Source: Octopus vulgaris
Taxonomy: Eukaryota
Assembly (NCBI GenBank): GCA_951406725.2
Contig: OX597819.1
Location: forward strand, 80,042,001 to 80,106,000
DNA length: 64,000 bases
Direction: 5' to 3'
The notes beneath the pieces were generated by a model that was given only the letters and a program-made list of their open reading frames with translations, was not told the origin of the DNA and searched no databases. Shown one piece after another: positions 52,048 through 64,000 of this stretch (the stretch's first letter is position 1; each line of letters begins with the position of its first letter). Position numbers and translations under genes: made by a program.

Positions 52048-52490
52048 AATAATTCAACTTTATTTTATGGAGAAATGTGAACACTAATGTTTATTCAGCA
52101 AAACCTCAATCAACAGCTAACGAGCGGAGGTAGGATAACTATTGAGATTGAAGGTATCACTGAGAATCAGCTGCACAACGTAGTTTTTCTTATTCGAAAT
52201 GCCATCACTAAACTGTTTCTATGCATAATAATGGCGGACAAGTTGAAAATTAACAATCATGACAATAAATCTATTTAAAAACGTAATAAATTGTTTCACT
52301 ATTAAATAATTAATTCACCTCTATTTTATGGGGACATGTGATGATTACTATTTATTCAGCTAAATCTCGTTCGCTAACTGACACTCGGGTTTGGATTACT
52401 AAAGTGATTCATGGTAAAATTGAAATTATCAGCTGCAAAATGTATAAGCAACATCGTTTATAAGCGGCAACCATTTAAAATTAACAAATG
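52048..52490. repeat. Diverged ~260-bp-period tandem duplication
   Basis: TAATTCA.CT.TATTTTATGG.GA.ATGTGA, TTTATTCAGC, ATCAGCTGCA and AAAATTAACAA each recur in order. Confidence 0.7.
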
Positions 52491-52627
52491 ATATGTAAGA
52501 TTTAAACTTCTCTTGTTTTTCTGGAAACACCAGATCTGTGTACGGAGTTAGACTTGCTATTAGCTCCACACTGTGGCTTAGATTTAATTGTTGTTTATTT
52601 TTGTTCTTAACTACAAATTTCTAATAA

Positions 52628-52750
52628 TAGACCAGACCTTAGACCAAGCAATTTTACCTTGGACCAAATTGTTCCACTCAAGACCAAACCGTTCCACTCT
52701 AGACCAGACCGTTCCACCTTAGATCAAGCCGTTCCACTCTAGACTATCCA
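52628..52750. repeat. 20-bp minisatellite, about 6 copies (TAGACCARRCCGTTCCACTC)
   Basis: Units start at 52640, 52660, 52680, 52700, 52720, 52740. Confidence 0.9.
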
Positions 52751-53364
52751 ATCTTCCTTTTATATCATAATTTACAATATTTAACAAGTTCTTTCTTTAA
52801 GACCGTAAGATCAGATTTCAAGAAATTTGCTTCCCATTTCCATCAGATCAAACAACTAAAAACAGACCCCTTCTTCAGCTCCATTTCGCATTTCTAACTA
52901 TTGAGAAAGATTTATGATGGAATAGCTAAAATGAAATATTGTACTGGTGTTCCTAATGCTGTCGGGACTCTGTTGATAAACTCTGTTAAGCAGCTTCTGT
53001 TGTTAAAGTTTTACTGGAACATTGCTGTAATGGTGTTTAGGTTTTAGATTGAGCTACGCCTACACTCTAAGAACGGTGCGAACTACAGTATAAACAATGT
53101 CTGATGATCTGTGCTTCTGTGCATGTGAAGAATACTCAATACTGGATGTACATGCTGGAACACCTCAGATCATATATACGTTAATCATAAAAGAATAACA
53201 GACATGTATACGGATGTATTGTAATCGGCAATTGCTTACATGTGTCCCAAAGGGTTTGGGGTTAGATTCCATTACGTGGCACGTTGAGGAACAGTCTTGT
53301 GTTCACCAAATCCTTGTGACTGAAATTTGATGAACAGAAAGTGTGCGATTTTGGTGGCGGAGTG

Positions 53365-53417
<53 letters not shown>

Positions 53418-53939
53418 ACATACAAACACGCATATATATGTATACTCTTTCTCTCTCTTTCTCTCACTCACTCTCGCATTCTCTCTCTCCCCCTCTCTCT
53501 CTCTTTCTCTCTCCCAACACACACTAACACATACACATGCACACACACAGAAAGATAAATAGACAGATAGACAGACAGGCAAACATACAGGCAAACAGAC
53601 AGACAGAGAGACAGATAGATAGGTATGGATTGATTAATCGATTAAATGATAGTTTGAATAAGGATTCTTTGAAATTATATATTTCCCTTTGGAATCGGTG
53701 GCAATTGCCGCTTGGTGTTTCTTTACCTTCTCTAGAAACGAAGATAATTTCATTAAATCAAGATATTATCTTGTATGATATTTTGCATACATTTTGCACA
53801 CATGTTTTCTTTTTTGTTTTGTAAATTAAAATCACCAAACACAATGAAATATTTCTCTTTACTAATTTTTGTGATACGCACACACTCACACACAGGCACA
53901 CACACACACACATACACATACACACACTCACTCGCACAC

Positions 53940-53973
<34 letters not shown>

Positions 53974-53979
<6 letters not shown>

Positions 53980-54018
53980 TTCATTTTCATTTTAACTAGT
54001 TTCAGCTCACGAGTTGTG

Positions 54019-54023
<5 letters not shown>
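53974..54023 (-). mobile_element. Ultra-short retroposon 3' terminus inserted in (TA)n
   Basis: Minus: ATGGCCAC-AACTC-GT-GAGCT-GAAAC-TAGTT-(AAAATG)2, same architecture as the CR1 and SINE B 3' ends. Confidence 0.55.
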
Positions 54024-54060
<37 letters not shown>

Positions 54061-54119
54061 TATATAGGTATACATAGGCAGAAGACATACATACATACAT
54101 ACATACATACATACATACA

Positions 54120-54170
<51 letters not shown>

Positions 54171-54235
54171 GCATAATATATGTGTGTGTGCGTCTGTGTA
54201 TTGAGAGAGAGCTTTCGTCAGTAGCCTATGGTTGT

Positions 54236-54280
54236 CTCACACTGAGGGCGGGTAACCACTCAGAAACCTAGGTCTGTGAG
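54236..54280 (+). ncRNA. Type-I hammerhead ribozyme motif
   Basis: CTCACA-CTGAGGG-C-GGGT-AACC-ACTC-A-GAAAC-CTAG-GTC-TGTGAG: perfect 6-bp stem I, 4-bp stem II, palindromic stem III, GUC cleavage triplet; A9->G deviation. Confidence 0.75.
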
Positions 54281-54869
54281 TATCACGTAATGCTAGTGAT
54301 GGGAGCGATGATCTCCCTTGCAAATGCTATACGGACACAAACTGTGCGTCGTTAACCAGCTAGAAAAGATGTTTTCCTAGTACTACCACATTCTGTTCGG
54401 TACTGTTACTGTATATCTCTCGCTCAGAGATTTAAATCAAGTTGTTTTTTCTCTATATATATATACTTACATATGAATATGTGAGTCTGTGTGCATGTAA
54501 GTATGTATGTATGCATGTATGTATGTATGTATGTGTGTATGTATGTATGTATGTATGTATGTATGTATGTATGCATGCATGCATGCATGTATGTATGTAT
54601 GTATGTATGTATGTATGTATGTATGTATGTATGTATGTATGTATGTAGGCTTTATTCAGTCACTGTGTGATGTGCAATTCATACTGACATCATAGATCCT
54701 GTGACAGAGAAGGCATAAAGGAAAATAGAAATTATCATTCCAGAACTCTAGTATACCATAATTAGTAGCACTCTAAAAGAAGACACTATCCAACGCATTC
54801 GAATTAGACCAGTCATAAGCAAACTGCGGCTCGAGGGACTTTCTGAAGGGCATGAATAGTGATAAATTA

Positions 54870-55343
54870 CTGTATTTTCCGGTCTATAAAACGCATCGAT
54901 ATCCAAGCCGCGGGGCCGAATGTGGGGAAAAATTTTGGTTTTATCCGCACATAAAGCGCACTGGTGTTTAAAGCGCACCAGTGTTTAAAAGACCTATAGA
55001 GCTATTGGTCCGCAGCTAGCTTTTTTGTTACTGGCGTGTATGTAGTTTCGAAATGCCTCATTTTACAACTATGAGATGTATTGTTATTTTGTATGATTTT
55101 ATCTTACTGTAATCAACAACAAACACGTTTCGTCAATATCAAAGTCTTCATTAGATTAAAAATAACATTGTCGAAACGTGAAGGTAAAAAAAGATGCTTT
55201 CTTTTCTTCTGGGCACCTTTGAACTGTAGCAGTAGTGTTTCACGTTGTTCACCGACCGATTCACACACTTTGCGCACCTTTCTATAAGCTGCACAGTAAA
55301 TTTCCCAGGTAAAAAATAGAGGCTTATACACCGGAAAATATGG
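54870..55343. mobile_element. pogo/Tc2-like MITE with TIRs and TA target duplication
   Basis: TA|CTGTATTTTCCGGTCTATAA ... TTATACACCGGAAAATATGG|TA. Confidence 0.85.
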
Positions 55344-56145
55344 TACTTTGAATAACTTACCTCGGCAACACCCATATTACAGTTGATATTGATTCAATAG
55401 GATATAATTAATACGAACTTAAATGCAGGCGTGGCTTTGTGGTTAAGTATTTCATTTTGTAACTATATGATTTCGGGTTCAATCTCAATGTGCTGCACCT
55501 TGCGCAGCTGTTGTAAGCAAAATTAAATATTGTAAAAAACGCATTTGGCCAAATTTGGACATACGACAGTTAAAAAAATTATAGCAACGAAGTTTACATT
55601 TGGCTAATTCAGTCATACAAGGTAGTTTTGATGTATGTATGCTTTAGGGGTTCGAATGAAATCAAGAATAAAATTATGATTATTTAGTGATACGCAGTCA
55701 GGTTTTCAAGCGGAAAGAATCACTACTGAGCAAATTTTAAATGTTTAACGCTTTGTGAGACAAAAGATTTCTTAGGCTAAAAATCAGACGTCTGACAGAC
55801 TTCATTGATATTATGAAAGCATATTATCTACTTATGGCTTGTGACGTGTGGCGTATGACCATTTATGATAATAGATTTCTAATAGTAAAGGTCGCGATTT
55901 CAGCAACTGAACACGCAGAAATATTGGTCTTGGTTAAAAGGTGAACAAATAAATATATTGAAAGGACTTCTGGTGTCAGACAAATGTTTGTGATCTTACG
56001 AAAACATTTTCAATACATTGCATCATAATTTCAGAGGAACCTAAATATTTTGAAGTAAACGTTAAGATAGGAGATAGAGAAAGCACTAATCCCTGGATCA
56101 TCAATAATATTGATTTACTAGGATATAGTTAATAAGACCTTATGT

Positions 56146-56306
56146 GCAGGTATGGCTGTGTCATTAAGAAGCTTGTTTTGCTACAGCATCGTTTCGGGTT
56201 CAGTCTCACTGCGCAGTACCTTGGACAAGTGACATCTACTATAGGCTCGGGACGACCAAGGCATTGTGAGTGAATTTGGTAATTAGAAATTATGTGGAAG
56301 TCCGTC

Positions 56307-56310
<4 letters not shown>
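56146..56310 (+). mobile_element. SINE family B 5' half
   Basis: GGGTTCAGTCTCACTGCG, ACCTTGGACAAGTGACATCTACTATAG. Confidence 0.8.
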
Positions 56311-56401
<91 letters not shown>

Positions 56402-56438
56402 GCATATATATGTATAGATGTATACATATATATGTGTA

Positions 56439-56474
<36 letters not shown>

Positions 56475-56477
<3 letters not shown>

Positions 56478-58140
56478 TTTGATACTTTGATACTTTGATA
56501 GGTTTCGGCCATTATTGGCCCAGGCCATGTCTAACTTAATAGCACCACTCAAGTAGAGAGTTATTGTTTACAGAGACATATCCGGGTGTAGGGGGTTTAT
56601 CCGGGATTTCTTGAAGGAATCTGTCCAAAGACTTCTTGAACCCTATAGGGTCTGTTTCTGTTTTTATGTGTTTTGGTGTAATGTTAAAGAGAGCGGGACC
56701 AATTGAGGTGAAATAATTGTGCCGTATTGTTGTTATGAGATGAGAGTGCGATTTTTGTTTTGGGCGGATGGCACGGGGCCCAAGCCTTGGATGTACCTTA
56801 AAGGTGATGCCAACATCATTTGGGCAATGCTGATGGAATATTTTCCACATCATGCAGATGATGTAGCGCTCACGGCGACGTTGGAGAGAATAAAGTTTTA
56901 GCTTTTCTAGTCGACCCCAATAGTCGAGGCCTGTCATGCCATCTATCATTTTTGTGATTGCCCTTTGAGGTGCTTCAACTTTTATGATACTTTGTTTTAT
57001 GTGGGGAGACCACAGTGGACAACAGTATTCAAGGTGGGGTCGGGCAAAAGTGGAGAAGAGAAGGATAATGGTGTGGATATCTCTCGACTGGAAAGTTCTG
57101 AGAATCCAGGAACACATTCTGCGGGCCATGTCAACTTTGGTGTTTATATGAGTGGCCCAGCTTATGTTGTTGTCTACAATTACTCCCAAGTCTCTGATGT
57201 TATTGGATGCCACGAGAGTGTTACCTGAAGGAAGGGAGTATGGGAGTTTCAGGGCATCCTCTTTTCCAAAGTGGATTAACTCAAATTTATCCTCGTTCAG
57301 CAGCATATTGTTTTTTTCTGCCCATTGAATAACAGCCAGTAGATCTGACTGAAGACATGTCCGGTCACTCGCCTCATTTATGACCTTCTGTAGCTTGGAA
57401 TCATCTGCAAAGATTTTTATGTTGCTGTGCTTGATGATGTCATTAATGTCATTAATGTAGATGATGAAAAGAAGTGGGCCCAGCACAGTGCCTTGCGGAA
57501 CGCCACTACTGACTTTGGCTGGGCTTGATTTTACCCCTTCAACTACAACATGTTGAGATCTGTCTGTCAGGAAACACTTGATCCATTTCAGTAACTTTCC
57601 AGAGACACCAATGTTGGATAGTTTTTTCAATAGGATCTTGTGATCAATCCTGTCGAAGGCCTTGCTGAAATCAAGGTAGATGGCATCGGTGTTGGAGCCC
57701 TCTCCCAAAGCTCTCAAAATGTCATCAAAGTGATGCAGGAGCTGCTTTAGGCAGTCCCTTCCATTACGGAACCCATGTTGGTTAGAGATCAGCCGTCTGT
57801 TCCAGAAATTGGGTTATTCGAGATCTCACCACCCTCTCAAATACCTTGATGATATGAGAGGTGAGTGAGATCGGACGGTAGTTCACTGCAAGGGACTTGT
57901 TTCCCTTTTTGAAAACTGGGACAGAAGGTTTTTTGGAATATAGCCAGATTACAGATTACAGAATACAGTCACAGATTAGCAAGGGGAGATGCAAGTTGGT
58001 GTCGACACACCTTCAGGACACAAGCAGGGAACCTATCGGGGCCTACTGCTGAATTGTGTTTTATTTCGTTTATCGCCGCTAAGATATCAGGGGCACCAAA
58101 CGTTATGTCCGATATAGTGTGTTGGGGGTTGACATCATTG
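56475..58140 (-). mobile_element. CR1-group LINE, 5'-truncated, with short 3'UTR hairpin and (TCAAAGTA)3 tail
   Basis: [65 protein letters not shown]; 8-bp tandem tail 56475-56500. Confidence 0.95.
56536..57717 (-). CDS. CR1-type reverse transcriptase, uninterrupted C-terminal 393 aa (transposon-derived, upstream part frameshifted)
   Basis: Open frame with intact RT motifs DFSKAFD, PQG and FADD ending at the native stop. Confidence 0.85.
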   Translation of the reverse strand: MRALGEGSNTDAIYLDFSKAFDRIDHKILLKKLSNIGVSGKLLKWIKCFLTDRSQHVVVEGVKSSPAKVSSGVPQGTVLGPLLFIIYINDINDIIKHSNIKIFADDSKLQKVINEASDRTCLQSDLLAVIQWAEKNNMLLNEDKFELIHFGKEDALKLPYSLPSGNTLVASNNIRDLGVIVDNNISWATHINTKVDMARRMCSWILRTFQSRDIHTIILLFSTFARPHLEYCCPLWSPHIKQSIIKVEAPQRAITKMIDGMTGLDYWGRLEKLKLYSLQRRRERYIICMMWKIFHQHCPNDVGITFKVHPRLGPRAIRPKQKSHSHLITTIRHNYFTSIGPALFNITPKHIKTETDPIGFKKSLDRFLQEIPDKPPTPGYVSVNNNSLLEWCY

Positions 58141-58275
58141 ATACAGCCCAGATCGGCCATATACATGCATATATATATATATATATATGCATGTATATAT
58201 CTATATATAGATATATAAATCTTTATGTATGTATGTATAAATATCTATCTGTCTATCTATCTATCTATCTATCTG

Positions 58276-58320
<45 letters not shown>

Positions 58321-58321
58321 G

Positions 58322-58632
58322 TGATACACGATCCCTATTGATCGTTTTTTTTTCTCCTCTTCCCCTTTCTTTCCCCTTTTTTCTTCTTTTTTCATTTCTC
58401 TTTTCTTTTGTTCCTTTTCCTTTTCTTTTTATTTATTTTTATTTTTTCTTTTATTTTTATTTATTTTTTTTGTTCTTTTCTTCCCTTTTACGATCCCTCT
58501 TGATCGAAAACCTACGCCACACCCTTTTTTTTTTGTTTCTTTTGTTTTTTGTTTTTTTCATCCCCCAAAAGAAAAGCTCTACCTTGTAACTTGTCCCATC
58601 TGTGTGCAGCCCTGTGTAGCCAATAAAGAAAC
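58322..58632 (+). mobile_element. LINE 3'UTR fragment (same family as 27700-27897) with (TATC)n on both sides
   Basis: Near-identical 3' ~190 bp, AATAAA at 58622; (TATC)n at 58240-58320 and 58633-58706. Confidence 0.8.
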
Positions 58633-59785
<1,153 letters not shown>

Positions 59786-59957
59786 AAGGAAACTGAACAA
59801 AAGGAAAATTGCCATTTCAAGGCAAGTAATTAGGAAATCAATTTGACAAGATGACAGATATAAATTGTTGACGTCATAAGAATTTGTAAACTTTCGAGAG
59901 AACGTGAATTCATTTTTTTTTCCTTAAGAATTCATCACGAAGCTCATGAAACTACGA

Positions 59958-60172
59958 ATAATCCTTTCTATTAAAGGCACAAGGCCTGAAATTTGGGGGG
60001 AGGAGACTAGTCGATTACATCAACCCCAGTGTTTCATTGGTACTTAATTTATCGATCCTGAAAGGATGAAAGGCAAAGTTGACCTCGGTGGATTTTGAAC
60101 TCAGAACGTAAAGACGGACGAAATGTCGCGAAGCATTTTTCCCAGCATACTAATGATTCTGCCAGCTTGCAG
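59958..60172 (-). mobile_element. SINE family A copy
   Basis: Reverse-complement match over full length. Confidence 0.9.
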
Positions 60173-60539
60173 CTCAAGAAGCCATAAATATTAGCATGAA
60201 ATATTGAGTTGGAAAATCCTTTAGGATAGAAAGATCGAAAGCATTGTTCGACTTAGGGTTATAATAGAAGTTGCTTGCGCAATAATAATGTGCCTGTTAC
60301 ATAAGATGTGTGTCCCACGAGCGGCCTTCCATTTTTCTTCTATCCAAAAATGTTTTTCAGTTCAATATTTACATGATATGTTCATGTACTTCAAAACACA
60401 ATATTTCAAATTAGATATAAGTATCTAACAAGGACAATAATGGAATATATGAGCTCAAAGTAAAATGTAAAATGCCTCGGATTGGTTTTAATACAATTCA
60501 ACCTTATTTTGAAAACAGAAAATTATTACAATCAGAAAA

Positions 60540-60950
60540 GAAAGATGGGGTATTTTTTAAAGAGTAATGCTAATTTGAAGTGCATTGTTTGGGTGATATT
60601 GAAAATAAGAAAAGGACTATGGCTTTTGAGATGAAATGTTACAGAAAGGTGCTTTGCATTCCATCCACAGAACATTGAATTAATGAAAGTGTTAAGAAAG
60701 GAATCGTTGAGACAACAGCTGTGAACCTCGAAACACTTCTGTCGATTGTTAAAACGCAGGAAATGAAGTGGCTTGGTCATCTAACAAGACAGCGTGAAAC
60801 CCTAATGTAGCGTGTATAGCCATGCATGGACACACACTAGTAAAAGGTTTATGAGAAAACCAGAAAGGCAGTGATTGAACAACATCAGGAAGAGGAAAGC
60901 GAGATGATCGTGGAACACGTGTGCTTAGATGTTAATTGATGTAGATGGTT
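60540..60950 (+). pseudogene. Old RTE-clade LINE ORF C-terminal fragment
   Basis: AFEMKCYRKVLCI...INESV...LLSIVKTQEMKWLGHLTR. Confidence 0.75.
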
Positions 60951-61354
60951 GAGTTTCTGTTGTGTACCTTCAACTTTTCAACTTGTTTCTGCATTTTGAT
61001 TGATATCCATAAATAATTTTTAAAAAAGTTAGTGGTTTGACAGATATGATACAATTATGTCTTTCTAATGTCTTTTTACACACTGTGCTCAAATAAAATT
61101 CATGGTCATTTGGCTTTCGATTATCTTGAGTTCGATGAGTAATCTTTCATATACAGGAGACTGCTAACTGCTAAATTGTTGAATCCTTGCAAATAGGTGA
61201 CGCCTTGTTCCAACGTAAAAACCAACGACTATATTGGATACTATATGGAAATCAAATACATATATGCTTTAAGATATGTTTGCATGCCTGTGTATATATG
61301 ATAATATGGTACAATTTAAATTGTTTGATAACTAGTATTTAGGACTTCATGTGT

Positions 61355-61515
61355 ACTCCGGTGTGTGTGTAGTAAGAAGCTTACTTCCCAACCACAAGGT
61401 TCCAGGTACAGTTCCACTGCGTGGACCATTGGGCAAATGTCTTGTACTATAGCCTCGGGCCGACCAACGCTTTCTGAGTGGATTGGGTAGACGGAAACTG
61501 AAAGAAACCCGTTGT
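61355..61515 (+). mobile_element. SINE family B 5' half
   Basis: Matches the 46531 copy (CTATAGCCTCGGGCCGACCAA...GGAAACTGAAAGAA). Confidence 0.85.
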
Positions 61516-61563
61516 ATGTATATATACATACATATATATATATATACATATAAATATATATAC

Positions 61564-61609
<46 letters not shown>

Positions 61610-61610
61610 G

Positions 61611-61665
<55 letters not shown>

Positions 61666-61747
61666 TATTTACGTTATTATTTAATTGAACGCCAGGCATC
61701 CATTTCCAAGTAAGTACATATATGTGTGTGCGTGTATATATATATAC

Positions 61748-61778
<31 letters not shown>

Positions 61779-61844
61779 TGTATGTATGTATGTATGTATG
61801 TATGTGTGTATATATATATATATACAGAAAGAGAGAGAGATAGG

Positions 61845-61909
<65 letters not shown>

Positions 61910-61986
61910 TGCTAGATAAATAGATATTCACACACAGACACACACACACACACACGCACATATATATATATCTTGTTAATCTTTAG

Positions 61987-62397
61987 TTGTGTTCACATCA
62001 TTGGACTTACAAGGCAGAGGTAACAGCCATACGACCAAATGGGGAACCCAATTTGCGAAAGTATGTGAGAGCAGCTAAAAGTCCCTTCACAACCCGATAT
62101 AACAACCACAGTTCCCCCTTCAACATCCCAGATAGATGTAACGCCACAACCCTGGTGAAGCACGTTTGGTCTTTGGAAGTAAGTGCCACCGAATACACCA
62201 GAAAGTGGGCGAATTTAGAAAAAAGTAAACTGTACTTCAATAACAACAGGAAGTGCAGTTTATGCCTGGCTGAGGAAAGAGTGATTTTAAAGAGCACCCA
62301 ACAGCCATACATTTGCCCGAATAGTAGAAGTGTAGTTCGTAATCCTTACCCACATGAAAGAAAGTACACCCTATCATACCTGCGCGCCCCATCATGA
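61987..62397 (+). pseudogene. Penelope GIY-YIG endonuclease domain, degenerate
   Basis: TYKAEV...KYVRAA..PFTTRYNNH..PF...NATTLVKHVWSL...CSLCLAEE...NSRS; the YIG motif is altered to YVR. Confidence 0.85.
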
Positions 62398-63024
62398 CCA
62401 TAATCTCCAGTTCCTCACCTTCGGCACTCCAGCAATACCTGTGAATCCGGCAAAGAGTTTAACTTGAACATACACTAACGTACCCACAAACACACTCGCT
62501 TCAACACGGCTGACACCTACCCAGTAGACTCCACCCAATATAAACCCCTACACATATTGTCCCCTTACACACACCGTATAGACAAATTCCATTTCCACTA
62601 GAACACCAACCTTAAGGGCTCATGCATTTCCCACAAACTTTTCCAGAAAACTGTTACCGACTTCTAGTATAACCATCCCAGTGAGGTGTCTTGGTACCAA
62701 GGGACATAACCCTGAACTCAATACCCTACTCATGTCGTTTCATTATCTTTTTCACTGCAACCTCTTTTTAACAAATTTAAAAATATCTCTTTTCAACAAA
62801 GTTATGAGGAAACACAGGTCGGCTAACGCGAATTTTCTTAAACACTTCTCCCCACTGACCCGAAGACTTTTCTTTTTCACAACAAATTCAGATAACATAA
62901 TTGAAACCTACGACATCTAAAGTATATTTGAAGAAAATTCCACCAACAAATATTTATATATCTGAGATGTATACACATACACATATATATGTGTATGTGT
63001 ATATGTGTGTGTATAACTATATAT

Positions 63025-63070
63025 AAATATGTCTGATGAACGGCAACGAGAAACTCAGAGTAACAAATTT
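63025..63070 (+). ncRNA. Minimal type-I hammerhead ribozyme motif with intact core
   Basis: AAATATGT-CTGATGA-A-CG-GCAA-CG-A-GAAAC-TCAGA-GTA-ACAAATTT. Confidence 0.7.
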
Positions 63071-63171
63071 TGTTGAATTTTCTGCTGCTTTAAATAAAGT
63101 ATATATGTGTGTGTGTATGTATGTATGCGTGTGTGTGTGTATATATACATATATATATATACACGAGCATG

Positions 63172-63550
63172 CATTCTTTTATTTGCTTCAGTCTTTTTGA
63201 CTGCGGCCATGCTGGAGCACTGCCTTTAGTTGAACAAATCGACCACCGGACTTATTCTCTGTAAGCTTAGTGCATATTCTATCGGTCGCTAAGTTACGGG
63301 GAGGTAAACACACCAGCATCGGTTGTCAAGTGATGGTGGGAGGACAGACACACAAACATACACGCACACATACATATATACATATACATATACACATATA
63401 CATATAAATACGGCGAGCTTCTTTTCAGTTTCCGTCTACAAAATTCCCTCACAAGGATTTAGTAGGCCCGAGGTGCCACGCAATGTGACTGAACCAGGGA
63501 CCATGAGGTTGGTTAGCAAGCAACTTACCGCACAGCCACGCCTACGCCTA
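63172..63550 (-). mobile_element. SINE family B, near full length
   Basis: Head, internal (TA/TG)n and 3' CCAGCATGGCCGCAGTCAAAAAGACTGAAG on minus. Confidence 0.88.
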
Positions 63551-63561
63551 TGTGTGTGTGT

Positions 63562-63595
<34 letters not shown>

Positions 63596-63853
63596 CTGTG
63601 TTTCTTATAAAATTTATTGGCAGTAACTAGGTAATTATTTTTCATTGGTTTATAAAGGCATGTTCTCTTAACATAATTGCATTTTAACTTGTAGCGCTAC
63701 GATTTGTATATGTCATGTTCTAGGTTCATTCAAGTTGTATATCTTGCCAGCATTATTTCCACATGCACACCATATGTATACTTGCGCATCTACATTATAG
63801 AATATATGACGCAATGATATCAAACCAATGTAAAAAATACCGTATTCGTACTA

Positions 63854-63903
<50 letters not shown>

Positions 63904-64000
63904 TTGTGTGTGTGTGTGTTCTAATAAAAAGTTAGATCTAAATTCAAAATTTGAACTGCATTTTGTATGCGTCGCTAATATTATGCCGGCAAAGCACGTT

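Larger units (their letters stand above)
61975..63105 (+). mobile_element. Penelope-like element 3' portion (GIY-YIG endonuclease, C-rich UTR, hammerhead-bearing terminal repeat)
   Basis: GIY-YIG-type ORF followed ~630 bp later by a CTGATGA...GAAAC...GTA motif; continuity of the spacer is inferred. Confidence 0.7.

Noticed and set aside
53097-53140. TGT-CTGATGA followed by a small hairpin
   Set aside because: No GAAA box, NUH triplet or stem I partner; not a hammerhead

Overview
This is AT-rich, extremely microsatellite-dense eukaryotic DNA with no confidently identifiable host protein-coding gene. The tRNA-derived SINE families and the repeat landscape look like an octopus (coleoid cephalopod) intron or intergenic region; that assignment is recognition from memory, not a database result. 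Most ORFs in the track are translations of (TA)n, (CA)n, (TATC)n, (TATG)n, (TTC)n or (TTA)n. The real coding signal is transposon-derived: two R4/Dong-clade LINEs set in (TAA)n tracts, a CR1-type RT with an intact 393-aa stretch, three RTE fragments (one with twin-priming 5' inversion), Tx1/L1-type remnants, a Helitron PIF1-helicase relic plus two non-autonomous Helitrons, a DD37D (maT) transposase relic, a pogo/Tc2-like MITE and a Penelope GIY-YIG fragment. The most interesting signals are RNA-structural. (i) At least four type-I hammerhead ribozyme motifs from different repeat families. (ii) A covarying CATGGCC-hairpin-GAAAC 3' motif shared by the CR1 LINE and SINE tails. (iii) A 27-bp fully paired pre-miRNA-like hairpin. 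(iv) Fold-back mini-elements embedded in (TA)n. Also notable are a 60-bp mariner catalytic-motif snippet patched into a SINE and microsatellites born inside LINE codons.
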